Shown: positions 16,045 through 24,830 of the stretch, piece by piece
Layout of the letters: each line of letters starts with the position of its first letter
Position numbering within the stretch: position 1 is the stretch's first letter
Source of the DNA: a virus
Lineage: Duplodnaviria; Caudoviricetes
DNA: 32,156 nt
Direction: 5' to 3' (one strand)
IMG/VR virus record: IMGVR_UViG_3300031938_000015
Span: 1 to 32,156 of that record
Made by a program: the position numbers and the translations under genes
Notes under the pieces: model-generated
Database searches by the model: none
What the model saw: the letters and a program-made list of their open reading frames with translations, nothing else
Told to the model about the DNA's origin: nothing

Positions 16045-17541
16045 TCAGAAGGTCGGCGCGATCTGGCCGTTGCCCGCGGCGGCGTCCAGGCCGCCGGTCT
16101 TGCCGAACGCCGTCGGGTACCGGCCGGCGGTGAACGCCGCGTACCCGTAGGTGACGAGCTTGACCGTGAGGTTGCCGCCGAGGGTCTGGTCGAACCGCAG
16201 CTGGCGCGGCATGCCGTCGCCGTCCTCCCACAGCAGCGCGTGGGCCGGGTCGATGACCAGGGTCGGGTCCTCGCTGTTCGTGCCGACGTTCGTCGGCACG
16301 TTGGCGTCGGTGATCACCGGCAGTCCCGCGAAGGAGCCGACCACGACGTAGCCGGAGCGGACGTCGGGGTCGTCGCCGTCGCCGCCGTAGGCACCCGGGT
16401 TGTCGTTGATGCCGACCGCGTTCATCGGCGCCTGCGCGGGCAGCAGCGGGCGGCCCTGGCTGTCGACCTGCGCGGTGAGCCAGCCCCAACGGCGCGGGTT
16501 CATCGCGATCAGGCGAGGCTGGATGCCGCGACCCTGGCCGGCGATCGCGGCGATCTGGCCGGCGACCTTCAGGTTGAAGTTACCGATCGTCAGCGCCGCG
16601 CCGTAGGCCGTGGCCGCGTTGATGCCGGCGGTCTGCAGCATGCCGAGCATCTGGTTGCTGGCGCCGGATCCGTTGGCGACCTGACGGTCGAGCTCGGCGT
16701 GGTAGGCGCCGGCGAGGTCGGTGTACACGATCTCGTCGGTGCCCGGGGCGCCGCGCTCCAGGGACTGCCGGGAGACGTCCTGCTGGCCGCCGATCGTCAC
16801 GACCGGCACCGTCAGGTTCGCCCACACCTCGTCGGTGTTCTGCAGCGCGGTGTTCTCCGTGGCCTGCGAGGCCGCGGCCGCACCGGTGGTCCCGCGGGGC
16901 ACGATCACCGACATGCCCTGGTCGGGCAGCGGGAGGTGGCGCACCGCGTTCGCCAGCGGACGGCCGGCGCGGATGACCGGCGCGGCCAGGTCGACGAGGT
17001 ACTGCGGGACGACCAGGCCGGCGAACCCGCCAGTGGCCACGGCGCGCTCGCTCTGCGCGCCCTCGCCCTCGCGCTCGACCTCGACCATGTGGCGCTGCAG
17101 CCGCTGCTGCGCCCCCATGTCGCCCTGCTGGGAGCGGTAGAAGTCGCTGAAGAACGACGCCTTGCCGCGCTTGGACTTCTCCTCGGAGTAGGTGCGCTCC
17201 TCGCTGGTGACGGTGACCGGCGCACGGCGGTCGGCGGTGGTGCCGTTGGCGCGGGACAGCTCGCCGGCGAGGCGCTGCGCGGCCTCGTCGGAGCGCTGCT
17301 CGGCCTCGAGGTCGACGATGCGCTGCTGCGAGGCGGCGACCTCGTCGTCGATGGCGCGGATCTTCTCCTGCGCCTCGCGCACCTTCGTGGCCTCGTCGTC
17401 GGTGGGGTTGCGGGGCTCGGCGCCGTCGCTGCCCGCGCACGCTGCGCGGACGTCCTGGATGGACTTCTGGTGCTTCGACCGCTCCTCGAGCTTCGCCTGC
17501 ATGGCGGCCCGGATCTGCGCGATCAGCTGTGCGATCGTCAC
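16045..17541 (-). CDS. Major capsid protein, HK97 fold with N-terminal coiled-coil delta domain (498 aa)
   Basis: Follows the protease; N-terminal coiled coil; GLVVPQY, VSRQSLE, ELDRQVANGSG..QMLG motifs; AAGGAG RBS. Confidence 0.93.
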   Translation of the reverse strand: MTIAQLIAQIRAAMQAKLEERSKHQKSIQDVRAACAGSDGAEPRNPTDDEATKVREAQEKIRAIDDEVAASQQRIVDLEAEQRSDEAAQRLAGELSRANGTTADRRAPVTVTSEERTYSEEKSKRGKASFFSDFYRSQQGDMGAQQRLQRHMVEVEREGEGAQSERAVATGGFAGLVVPQYLVDLAAPVIRAGRPLANAVRHLPLPDQGMSVIVPRGTTGAAAASQATENTALQNTDEVWANLTVPVVTIGGQQDVSRQSLERGAPGTDEIVYTDLAGAYHAELDRQVANGSGASNQMLGMLQTAGINAATAYGAALTIGNFNLKVAGQIAAIAGQGRGIQPRLIAMNPRRWGWLTAQVDSQGRPLLPAQAPMNAVGINDNPGAYGGDGDDPDVRSGYVVVGSFAGLPVITDANVPTNVGTNSEDPTLVIDPAHALLWEDGDGMPRQLRFDQTLGGNLTVKLVTYGYAAFTAGRYPTAFGKTGGLDAAAGNGQIAPTF

Positions 17542-17688
17542 GGTGACGACTCCTTCGTGATCAGGGGTGTGGTGCTCGCCCCTCCGGCGACAGGCGGTGA
17601 CTCCAGGCAGGCCGTAGCGCGCGCGGGTCCCTACGCGAGGCGTCGGGGCAGACCCGGCCGGCGGCCGGGACGAATGGTGGGCGCGGCG

Positions 17689-18477
17689 TCAGAGCGTCAC
17701 GGGCGCGAGGACCGTCGAGCGGTCGACGCTGACGAGCTCCTCGAACGACATCGCCTGCGCCCGGCTGGCGCCGCGGCGCGACCGCTCGACGTGCAGACGC
17801 TTCTCGAGGTCACGTAGGGCCTGCTCGGTGAGGTCCTCGAGCTTCGGCAGCTGCTGCCCGCGCAGACCGGAGCCGGCGGTGTAGGGGTTCGCGCCGTAGC
17901 CGACGATCGCGACGTCGCCGCGGTGGATGTCGTACTCGTCGATGTGGTACTCGGTCCAGTCACTCGACCACGACCCGGAGGTGATGACGAAGCGGAAGCT
18001 CATCTCGTCGATGAGCCCGCTGCGCAGCTTCGGGGCGATGTACGCGACGTCGGCGTCGCCGGCGTCCAGCGCGGGCGCATCGGCCAGCAGGCCAGACTCG
18101 TCCTCGGTGAGCGTCAGCGTGCCGTTCGTCGTCCGCGCGATGCGGCGCAGCGAGTCGTGCGCCAGCACCAGCGGCACGTCGAGGTCCGGCGTTGACAGCG
18201 AGCGAGCGCCGGCACCAGCGGAGACCTGCTCTGTGTAGGGCCCGAAGAAGTCCCACATCTCGTAACCGCGGTCGTACACCGAGGCGTAGCCGGTGAAGTG
18301 CAGCGCGTCAGCCTCACCGTCCGCGGCGCGCAGCTCCATGCGCTGCGCGCGGACGCGGACCAGAGCCGGGCCGGGCTGCTCCCCGGCGCGACGCTCACGG
18401 GGCCGGTCGCCAGCGGCGCGGACGCCCGCTGCACGGGCCTCCGCTGCCGCCTCGAGGATGCGGTCGAGTGCGCTCAT
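17689..18477 (-). CDS. HK97-family prohead protease (262 aa)
   Basis: FTGYASVY, LAHD (His), LTEDESGL, EMSFRF (Ser); ATGA overlap with the portal stop. Confidence 0.92.
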   Translation of the reverse strand: MSALDRILEAAAEARAAGVRAAGDRPRERRAGEQPGPALVRVRAQRMELRAADGEADALHFTGYASVYDRGYEMWDFFGPYTEQVSAGAGARSLSTPDLDVPLVLAHDSLRRIARTTNGTLTLTEDESGLLADAPALDAGDADVAYIAPKLRSGLIDEMSFRFVITSGSWSSDWTEYHIDEYDIHRGDVAIVGYGANPYTAGSGLRGQQLPKLEDLTEQALRDLEKRLHVERSRRGASRAQAMSFEELVSVDRSTVLAPVTL

Positions 18478-19664
18478 GAGGTTGCTCCTCCGGTCGGTTG
18501 CGCCGCGACGGGCGGCAGCGAGTGGCCGAACAGGCGCAGGAACTCCTGCTCCTGCTCCGCGGTGAGCGGTGGCCGGTTGTCCGCCTCGCGCCACTCGTTC
18601 GGCGTGAGCGCGCGGTTGGTGACCTTGTAGGTGAGGATCTGCGCCGCCGTCAGCGGGTCCATGCGCAGCAGCGCGTCGCTGTTGAGCTTGACGAACCGGG
18701 GCCGTGAGATCAGATCCGACAGCGCATCCTCGCGGCGCTTGACCGCCGGCCCGATCGACGTCACCAGCAGACCCACCATGCGCTGACCGAGGTTGGCGTA
18801 GGTGACCGACGAGCCCGACGCGCCGGCGTCGATCATGTCCGCCGGCACGTCGAAGAATCGGCACACGTCCGCGACGCTGAACTTCATCGTCTCGAGGAAG
18901 GCGGTCTGGGAGGCGTCCGCGCTGATCATGTCGTATTCCCAGTCCTTGCCCATCACGAGCACGCCGCCGCCGGTGGACGTCGCCTCGTGGCGGCCCTTGA
19001 CCGCAGCCGCCTGGTCGTCGGTGAGCACGCGTGCGGTGTTCTTCATCTTGGCCGCCGGCTTGGCGCCGCCGTCGAACCACTGCAACGCGAAGTCCTGCGC
19101 GGAGGTGTACTGGCCGATCGCGTAGGCCGCGGCCGCGAGCGGCGACAGGCCGACCGGCGAGCCGGCGACGACGTACTGACGCTCGTGCCACACCTCGAGC
19201 GCGGTGTACGTCTTCGAGCCGACCCGGTACTGCACCGAGCCGTCAGCCTTGACGACGACCCGGACCTTGGCCGCCTCGAACAGGTCGATGCGCGCGGGCA
19301 GCCCCAGGCTGTCGCGGTCGATGATGAGCCCGAAGGTGTTGCCGTAGCCGTCGAGGTCCATCTGGGTGGCGTACAGCCACTCCGCCGCGGTCGCCCGGTT
19401 GCCGCCGATGTGCAGCGCGCCGGGCTTGGTGAGGATGTCCGGCTTGGTCGGGATCTCGACCTGGACGCCGTCCACGCGGCGGAACTGGTCCAGCGGCAGC
19501 GAGCTGACGAGGTTCGCTCGTAGACGCCGGCATGCCCACACCGCCGAGTGACGCTGGGCTCCCTGGCCGTCCGTGCGGCTGTGGCGGGTGCCCCAGCGCC
19601 GTGGCATCCCCGCTGCCTCCGCGAGGGCGTCCAGGTTCGCAGCGCGGCTGCGGAACAGGCTCAC
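18474..19664 (-). CDS. Portal protein, HK97 family (396 aa)
   Basis: SAVWAC....ANLVSSLP, GLSPL, VCRFFDVP, TPNEWREADNRPPL motifs. Confidence 0.95.
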   Translation of the reverse strand: MSLFRSRAANLDALAEAAGMPRRWGTRHSRTDGQGAQRHSAVWACRRLRANLVSSLPLDQFRRVDGVQVEIPTKPDILTKPGALHIGGNRATAAEWLYATQMDLDGYGNTFGLIIDRDSLGLPARIDLFEAAKVRVVVKADGSVQYRVGSKTYTALEVWHERQYVVAGSPVGLSPLAAAAYAIGQYTSAQDFALQWFDGGAKPAAKMKNTARVLTDDQAAAVKGRHEATSTGGGVLVMGKDWEYDMISADASQTAFLETMKFSVADVCRFFDVPADMIDAGASGSSVTYANLGQRMVGLLVTSIGPAVKRREDALSDLISRPRFVKLNSDALLRMDPLTAAQILTYKVTNRALTPNEWREADNRPPLTAEQEQEFLRLFGHSLPPVAAQPTGGATS

Positions 19665-19840
19665 AGCTCGCCCAGCTCAGGGCTGCGCGCGGCCGGTCGC
19701 GCGTGAACGTAGGAGGCGACCAGGCACGCGACGCCGACGACGAGGAGCGCCGCAGCCGGGCGCCACACCAGCCACGCGAACGCGGCCAGCGCTGCCGCGC
19801 CGATGATGTCCGCCGCGGTGGTGAGGACGGTGCGCAGCAC
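19661..19840 (-). CDS. Small two-TM membrane protein between terL and portal (59 aa)
   Basis: GAGGGGAG RBS with GTG start; hydrophobic; overlaps the portal start. Confidence 0.7.
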   Translation of the reverse strand: MLRTVLTTAADIIGAAALAAFAWLVWRPAAALLVVGVACLVASYVHARPAARSPELGEL

Positions 19841-19854
19841 GATCGCGTCTCCCC

Positions 19855-21333
19855 TCAGTGGATGCTCGCCAGCAGGTCGTACTCCGGCTCGGTCTCGACG
19901 TCGGCGACGTATGCGGCGAACGTCACCGCCTCGAGCGAGTCGATCTCGATGAGCGGGTTCGCTCGACGCCAGGCCCACCGGTCACCGATCGCGCGCTTGC
20001 CGGCGCCCACCGCGGCGGCCTCGAGCACGGGGTCGCCGTTGTGCACCAGCTGCTGTGGCTCTTCGAGCACCATCACCAGGAACCGTGCGCACGCCGCGGT
20101 GACGTCCGCGGTGTTGAGCCGGCGCACGTCCAGGCCGGCCGCCTCGAGGTCGTCGATGAGGAAGGCCGCGGGACCGCCGGCGTCGACAACGAACGTGAGC
20201 GGGCCGTGCGCGTTGTCGAGGTCGACGCAGCGATCCACCATCCACGACGTGCCACGCCGGCGATCGGCGACCTCGACGTGCAGGCGCCGGTCGTCGCGCA
20301 CACCGGACATGCCGATGCTGCCCCACGACTGGTCCAGGGTCACGGCGAGCGCCACGGTGGGCGAGACGTGGTCAGGGATCTGCGAGCCGGTGAAGGGCAC
20401 CGGCTGACCGGTCTGCTCGTCGAGGTCAGGTGGGTCGGCGATCGCCTGCCAGGCGGTGCTCGTGATGACGCCGCCGCCGAGGGCGTCTTCCCAGACGCCG
20501 AGCCGCTCGCGCTTCCACAGCTCGTCGTCACCGAAGGCCCGGCGCTCGTCCGCGCAGTACTCCTGGGTTAGCTCGCGCGTCTCGAAGGACGGGTTCGCGT
20601 TGATGAGCGCCTGGCGCAGACCGTCCGGGTCGTCGAGGTTCACGCCCAGTGGGTTGCCCCACTCGAAGTACGCGAGCCGGGAGTCGCCGCCCGGGCGCCC
20701 CCGGTCGCGGATCTTCGTCAGCTGGTCCGAGTCGTGCAGTCCGGCGCTGGACAGGTACCAGATCTGCGGGTTCGGCGCCTCGGTCATCGTCGGGACGATG
20801 GCCGCCATGTCGTGCGCGTCCAGGCCCGCGAGCGCCTCGTCGAGGTAGAGCTTGTCGACCTTGTCGAAGCCGCGGCCGCTGACGCGCGAGCGGGCGAGGA
20901 AGCGGAGCTCGACGCCGTCGACGGTGGTGAGGCCCTCTTCGCCGTGGCTGTTCCGGAAGTTCTTGTCCGGCACGCGCCGGCGCAGCTCGGGTGAGCGCTG
21001 GATGAGCTTCTTCAGCCGGGCGTACGTCTTCGCGGCGGTCTTGAACTGGTGCGCCGAGTAGATGATGGACTCGTACTCGGTGGTGAACAGGTCGGCCAGC
21101 AGTGCCGCCTCGATGATGGCGCCCTTGCCGTTCTGCCGTGGCACGACGATGCCGACCTCGAACGCCGACCAGCGGCCGTCCGGCAGCTCGCCCATGGCGT
21201 GCTCGAGCACCAGCTGCTGCCACGCGTCGAGGTGCAGGCCGGCGACGGCCGCCAGGCGCACCGCGAACGAGCCCGCGCTGGACGCGTGCTCGGGCCACGA
21301 CGCGAATCGCGGTGGCGCGCCGTGCTCAGGCAC
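19855..21333 (-). CDS. terL: Terminase large subunit (about 492 aa)
   Basis: LDAWQ, Walker A VPRQNGKG, Walker B LYLDEA, YLSSAG coupling motif, C-terminal IDSLEA; start inferred at the GTG overlapping the terS end. Confidence 0.95.
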   Translation of the reverse strand: MPEHGAPPRFASWPEHASSAGSFAVRLAAVAGLHLDAWQQLVLEHAMGELPDGRWSAFEVGIVVPRQNGKGAIIEAALLADLFTTEYESIIYSAHQFKTAAKTYARLKKLIQRSPELRRRVPDKNFRNSHGEEGLTTVDGVELRFLARSRVSGRGFDKVDKLYLDEALAGLDAHDMAAIVPTMTEAPNPQIWYLSSAGLHDSDQLTKIRDRGRPGGDSRLAYFEWGNPLGVNLDDPDGLRQALINANPSFETRELTQEYCADERRAFGDDELWKRERLGVWEDALGGGVITSTAWQAIADPPDLDEQTGQPVPFTGSQIPDHVSPTVALAVTLDQSWGSIGMSGVRDDRRLHVEVADRRRGTSWMVDRCVDLDNAHGPLTFVVDAGGPAAFLIDDLEAAGLDVRRLNTADVTAACARFLVMVLEEPQQLVHNGDPVLEAAAVGAGKRAIGDRWAWRRANPLIEIDSLEAVTFAAYVADVETEPEYDLLASIH

Positions 21334-21868
21334 CTTGCTCGCGTTCCTTCCGTTCGCGCCGGGCCTTGGCCACCTCGTCCTCGGCCGGCTGCGAGTCGGC
21401 GTCGCCCGGGCCGTTCGCCGGCTCCGGCAAGCCGCCCAGCACGCCGAGGACCATGCGCAGCTCGCGCGCGACGTAGGGGTTGCCCCCGTCGTCGACCTCA
21501 CGCGCGAGTCGTTCAGCGATCGCTGCGAACGGCGCCTCAGCAGGGTCGGTGGCGTAGCCGGCGACACGGGTGTGAACCGCGCGGTAGACCGGGCCGTCCG
21601 CTGGCGGCGGCGTGGTGTCGCGCACCGGCTCGACGTCGAAGTCGGCGGCGGCCTCGTCCTGGTCGTCGAGCTCGTCGCCGACGAGCTCGAGGTCGTGCTC
21701 CCACAGGACGTCGACGATCTCGGCGAGCCGCGCCGGGCCGATGCCGGGGATCGACAACACTTCGTCCTCAGACAGCGCCGCCAGGTCGTCTAGCGTCCGA
21801 ATCCCTTGCGCCACAACGGAATCAGTCCAACGGTAGCCGGTCAGACGTGCGTCGATCCGGCGAGCCAC
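21326..21868 (-). CDS. terS: Terminase small subunit with N-terminal RNAP alpha-CTD/HhH-like domain (180 aa)
   Basis: Immediately upstream of and overlapping terL; C-terminal LAREVD..VARELRMVL...DEVAKARRERK is actinophage TerS-like; N-terminal GIRTLDDL..LSEDEVLSIPGIG; GGAGG RBS. Confidence 0.72.
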   Translation of the reverse strand: MARRIDARLTGYRWTDSVVAQGIRTLDDLAALSEDEVLSIPGIGPARLAEIVDVLWEHDLELVGDELDDQDEAAADFDVEPVRDTTPPPADGPVYRAVHTRVAGYATDPAEAPFAAIAERLAREVDDGGNPYVARELRMVLGVLGGLPEPANGPGDADSQPAEDEVAKARRERKEREQGA

Positions 21869-21884
21869 GAGGCCAGTCCTCCCA

Positions 21885-21964
21885 TGCGCACGGGGGGAAA
21901 AACTTTGACTGAGACGAGGGTCATAGACCCCGTCGTCCTAAAAATCCGGCCGCGCGTCGCGGTG
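21885..21964. other. Probable cos / packaging initiation region
   Basis: Non-coding gap upstream of terS with A-tracts (GGGGGGAAAAAC, CCTAAAAATCC) flanking an inverted repeat GACGAGGGTC-ATA-GACCCCGTCGTC; the HNH-cos-terS layout is established for HK97-like phages. Confidence 0.6.
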
Positions 21965-22990
21965 TCACGCTCCGAGGTCGTGCAGGGCGGTGCTGATCTT
22001 CGCAGCGAGCGCGTCGCGGTCCGCCTTGACGACCGCCGTTGCGGCCTGGGCTGCGGCGAGGTCCGCCGTGGCCTGTGCGAGCTGTGTGGTGAGTGCACTG
22101 CGCTCGGTCTGCGACTGCTCGAGCTGTGCGGTGAGGTCGGCGACCTGCGCCTGCAGCTGGGCGATCTGGTCTGCCGGGTCCGGCGGGGCCGGCGCGGCCT
22201 TGGCCTCGAGCACTGCCTGCTGGAAGGCGGTGAGCCGGTCGCCGGTCAGCTGCCAGGACCGGCCGTCGCGGTTGTTCACGTTGGAGTTGAACGCGAGCAG
22301 GAAGTCGAACAGGCCCGTGCCCTGCGCGTAGCCGATCGCCGCGGTGAGCGCGGCGCCGTCGTAGGTGCCGAACTCGCCGATGCCCAACCGCCCGGAGTAC
22401 CCGACGCGCTGAGCCCAGGCTACGAAGCCCTGCATCCGCGCCAGCACCGTGTCCTTGTCGGTCTGGTAGGTGTCGGCCGCGACGAAGTCCAGGTTCATCT
22501 GCAGGGCGACCGGCAGCCACTGGCCGATCACGTCATCGCTCAGACCCATCGGGCCGGTCGAGAACGCGTACCCGTTGAAGATCGAACCCCAACGCACCAC
22601 CGAGTAGCCGGCAGCGACGGCGGCCAGGTGGTCGAGCATGCCGGCGTACTCGGCCGCGCTGCCCTTGTCGCCGACGAGCGGGTTGGACTGCGATGCGATC
22701 GGCTCGTGGTGAGCGGTCACGTACACCGGAACGCCGTAGCCCTGCAGCGTCGCGAACGCCGCCTTGGCGTCGGCGTCGCGCTGACCGTTGGCCACCTGCG
22801 CCCACGTCGACGCACCGGTCTTGAAGGACAGCACGACCGTGCGGCCGGCCGCGGCCTCGCTCGGGACGAGCGCGATGTCCTTGTCGGTGAAGTCGTCGAG
22901 GAACACGCGGCGCGCCTCGATCGGGCCGACCTCGGCCAGGCGCGCGTCCCACTCGGCCTTCGGTGCGCTCATGCCAACGAGAGCGGTCAT
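21965..22990 (-). CDS. Clan GH-A (GH26/GH5-like) glycoside hydrolase with C-terminal coiled coil (341 aa)
   Basis: LSFK...WAQVANG..D, VYVTAHHEP (acid/base Glu), DFVAADTY, LGIGEFG (nucleophile Glu); PAPPDP linker then heptads; GAGGAG RBS. Confidence 0.75.
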   Translation of the reverse strand: MTALVGMSAPKAEWDARLAEVGPIEARRVFLDDFTDKDIALVPSEAAAGRTVVLSFKTGASTWAQVANGQRDADAKAAFATLQGYGVPVYVTAHHEPIASQSNPLVGDKGSAAEYAGMLDHLAAVAAGYSVVRWGSIFNGYAFSTGPMGLSDDVIGQWLPVALQMNLDFVAADTYQTDKDTVLARMQGFVAWAQRVGYSGRLGIGEFGTYDGAALTAAIGYAQGTGLFDFLLAFNSNVNNRDGRSWQLTGDRLTAFQQAVLEAKAAPAPPDPADQIAQLQAQVADLTAQLEQSQTERSALTTQLAQATADLAAAQAATAVVKADRDALAAKISTALHDLGA

Positions 22991-23001
22991 GACTGGTCTC
23001 C

Positions 23002-23295
23002 TCACCACGCCCGCGACGGGCGGTGCTGCGGCGGATCGCCGGCCTTGCGGCTGGAGTTGCAGCGCCAGTGCGCTGGCCTGGTCCGCTCGATCGGCGGGAC
23101 GCGCGTGCCGTGAGTGGCGACGGGGTCCAGGTGGTCGAGGGTCCAGCTCTCCGGATGCCGGGCTGGCAGCGTCAGGTCGATCGGTCGATGACAGATCCAG
23201 CAGACCGGCGGGTACATCTTGCGGGCCTGCTTGCAGAGCAGCTGCCACGCACGGCCGCGGCCCTTCTGCGTCGTCGTCCGTCGAGGTGGTGTCAC
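23002..23295 (-). CDS. Packaging-associated HNH endonuclease (97 aa)
   Basis: CWIC...WTLDHLDP...PAHWRCNSSR; ends SRAW; first late gene. Confidence 0.9.
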   Translation of the reverse strand: MTPPRRTTTQKGRGRAWQLLCKQARKMYPPVCWICHRPIDLTLPARHPESWTLDHLDPVATHGTRVPPIERTRPAHWRCNSSRKAGDPPQHRPSRAW

Positions 23296-23492
23296 GCTGG
23301 CTGCCCGGCCGAGAGCAGTTGCGCCGCCCCGCACCTACACCGGTGCGAACGTCCAGCGTGACCCGTCGTCGCCCTGCACGTAGCGACCGGCCGCGGTCCC
23401 GACTCGCCGCCGTCGCGGCCCGGGAAGCGCGGAACCCGGCGGGCGCTGGGCGCTCGACCGGGTTCTGGGGACACGTCGTCCGTGTCGAGAAC

Positions 23493-23521
23493 AGCGTGAC
23501 AGCACGCGGCCGCGATGTCCA
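23493..23521 (-). promoter_or_regulatory. Candidate late promoter
   Basis: TGGACA-17 bp-CACGCT with an extended TG, just after the regulator gene, in the 250-bp gap before HNH. Confidence 0.4.
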
Positions 23522-23542
23522 GCAGGCGCGTCGACAGCACGG

Positions 23543-24391
23543 TCACGCCTCGCTGCGGGCAGCCCGGATCCGCTCGATCCGCGCCTCATGCACCTCGAGT
23601 AGCACGCGGACGTCGCGCACCCTGTAGATCGGTCGGCACCGACCAGCGCCGACGTCGACGAAGCCGACCGAGGCGAGGCGGCCCCGCTCCGCCCACTTCC
23701 GGATCCGCTCAGGCGTGACCGGCCTCTGCAAGTGGGTCAGCGCGCGGCTGCACTCGATCGCCGTCAACTCCTGGTCATCGACGGCCTCGCGGAGCCGATC
23801 AATGCTCCCCTGGGTGTCCCACGTCTCGCCGCACGACGGGCACGTCACCTGCGGCTGCGTCGGCACCGAGCGGGCCGGGTCACCCACCAGCTCGGCGTCC
23901 ACCTCCTGCGCGACACCGCACGTGCACGTGCCGATGAACATGCGGTGAGTCGGGCGGTCCACCAGCTGCCACAGCCGCTCGCTCCTGTCGAGCAGCTGGT
24001 CGTACCAGGCGAGCTGCGCGTCGTCGACGAACCGTCGCAGCAGCAGGACGTGCGAGCAGGTGAACAGGGCCCGCTGCCCGACCGTGCGCTCGGCTCGCCA
24101 CGCGTCGGACGGCATCCAGAACCGGTTCACGATCGCGTCGACAGCCGCCTCGAGCTCACGCAGCAGCTGGGTGACGCGCGGGTCGTACGGAAGGGGCGTC
24201 TCATCACGCCGCCCGCCGCCCGAGCCCAGGCGAGCACGACGGGTGTAGGTGACCATCGCGGCGTCGACCAGTGCGGTCACCTCGCCCAGCGCGCGCTCGA
24301 GGCGCTCGGTGCACGAGCCCGCGCCCTGGCAGAGCAGACCGTCTCCGCTGCGGCGGTCACGGCACCAAGGACACATCGTGCGGACGCTCAC
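23543..24391 (-). CDS. Zn-binding / C-terminal HTH protein, putative late transcription regulator (282 aa)
   Basis: CPWC..LC...C, CTC...CPSC, and MerR-like HTH VTPERIRKWAERGRL...PIYRVRDV; last early gene. Confidence 0.75.
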   Translation of the reverse strand: MSVRTMCPWCRDRRSGDGLLCQGAGSCTERLERALGEVTALVDAAMVTYTRRARLGSGGGRRDETPLPYDPRVTQLLRELEAAVDAIVNRFWMPSDAWRAERTVGQRALFTCSHVLLLRRFVDDAQLAWYDQLLDRSERLWQLVDRPTHRMFIGTCTCGVAQEVDAELVGDPARSVPTQPQVTCPSCGETWDTQGSIDRLREAVDDQELTAIECSRALTHLQRPVTPERIRKWAERGRLASVGFVDVGAGRCRPIYRVRDVRVLLEVHEARIERIRAARSEA

Positions 24392-24519
24392 GGCTGCACC
24401 ATCCGGGCGCGCCGGCGCTCGAGCGCCTTGCGGACCCGCCACTCGACCTCGAGTCCCATCGCCGCGCCGTACACCAGCGCGAGCAAGGCGACCGTCCAGC
24501 ACACGATGCGGCGCCTCAC
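24388..24519 (-). CDS. Small membrane protein (43 aa)
   Basis: GTGA overlaps at both ends; TM IVCWTVALLALVYGAAMGL. Confidence 0.6.
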   Translation of the reverse strand: MRRRIVCWTVALLALVYGAAMGLEVEWRVRKALERRRARMVQP

Positions 24520-24830
24520 AGCGACCGCCTCCGCGCGGCCGCCCGGGTGGTGTCGACACCCAACGCCCACCGCGCCGCATGGCCAACGCCACCCAGGTCA
24601 CTCGGGTGCTCGACAGCAGCCGGGCCGCGGTCCTCGACGTAACCCAGGGCCGGCGCCGCCGGGTGCGCGTCGTCGTAGCCCATGCGCTGCGCGGCCTGAC
24701 GCCTCGCCGTCCAGTCGGCCCGGTGGTACCACTGGCCGGCGAGCGGGCCGTCGACGCACGCCACCAGGTCACGACCTGACAGCGGGGTCGACTCCGGCGA
24801 TCGCCTCGAGGTGTCTCGACGGCGGGTCAC
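24516..24830 (-). CDS. Hypothetical protein (104 aa)
   Basis: GTGA-coupled on both sides; CVDGPLAGQWY motif. Confidence 0.6.
   Translation of the reverse strand: MTRRRDTSRRSPESTPLSGRDLVACVDGPLAGQWYHRADWTARRQAAQRMGYDDAHPAAPALGYVEDRGPAAVEHPSDLGGVGHAARWALGVDTTRAAARRRSL

Noticed and set aside
21820-21828. AATCAGTCC shared between the terS 5' region and the int promoter spacer (32011-32019)
   Set aside because: A single 9-bp match with no functional link; compatible with chance.
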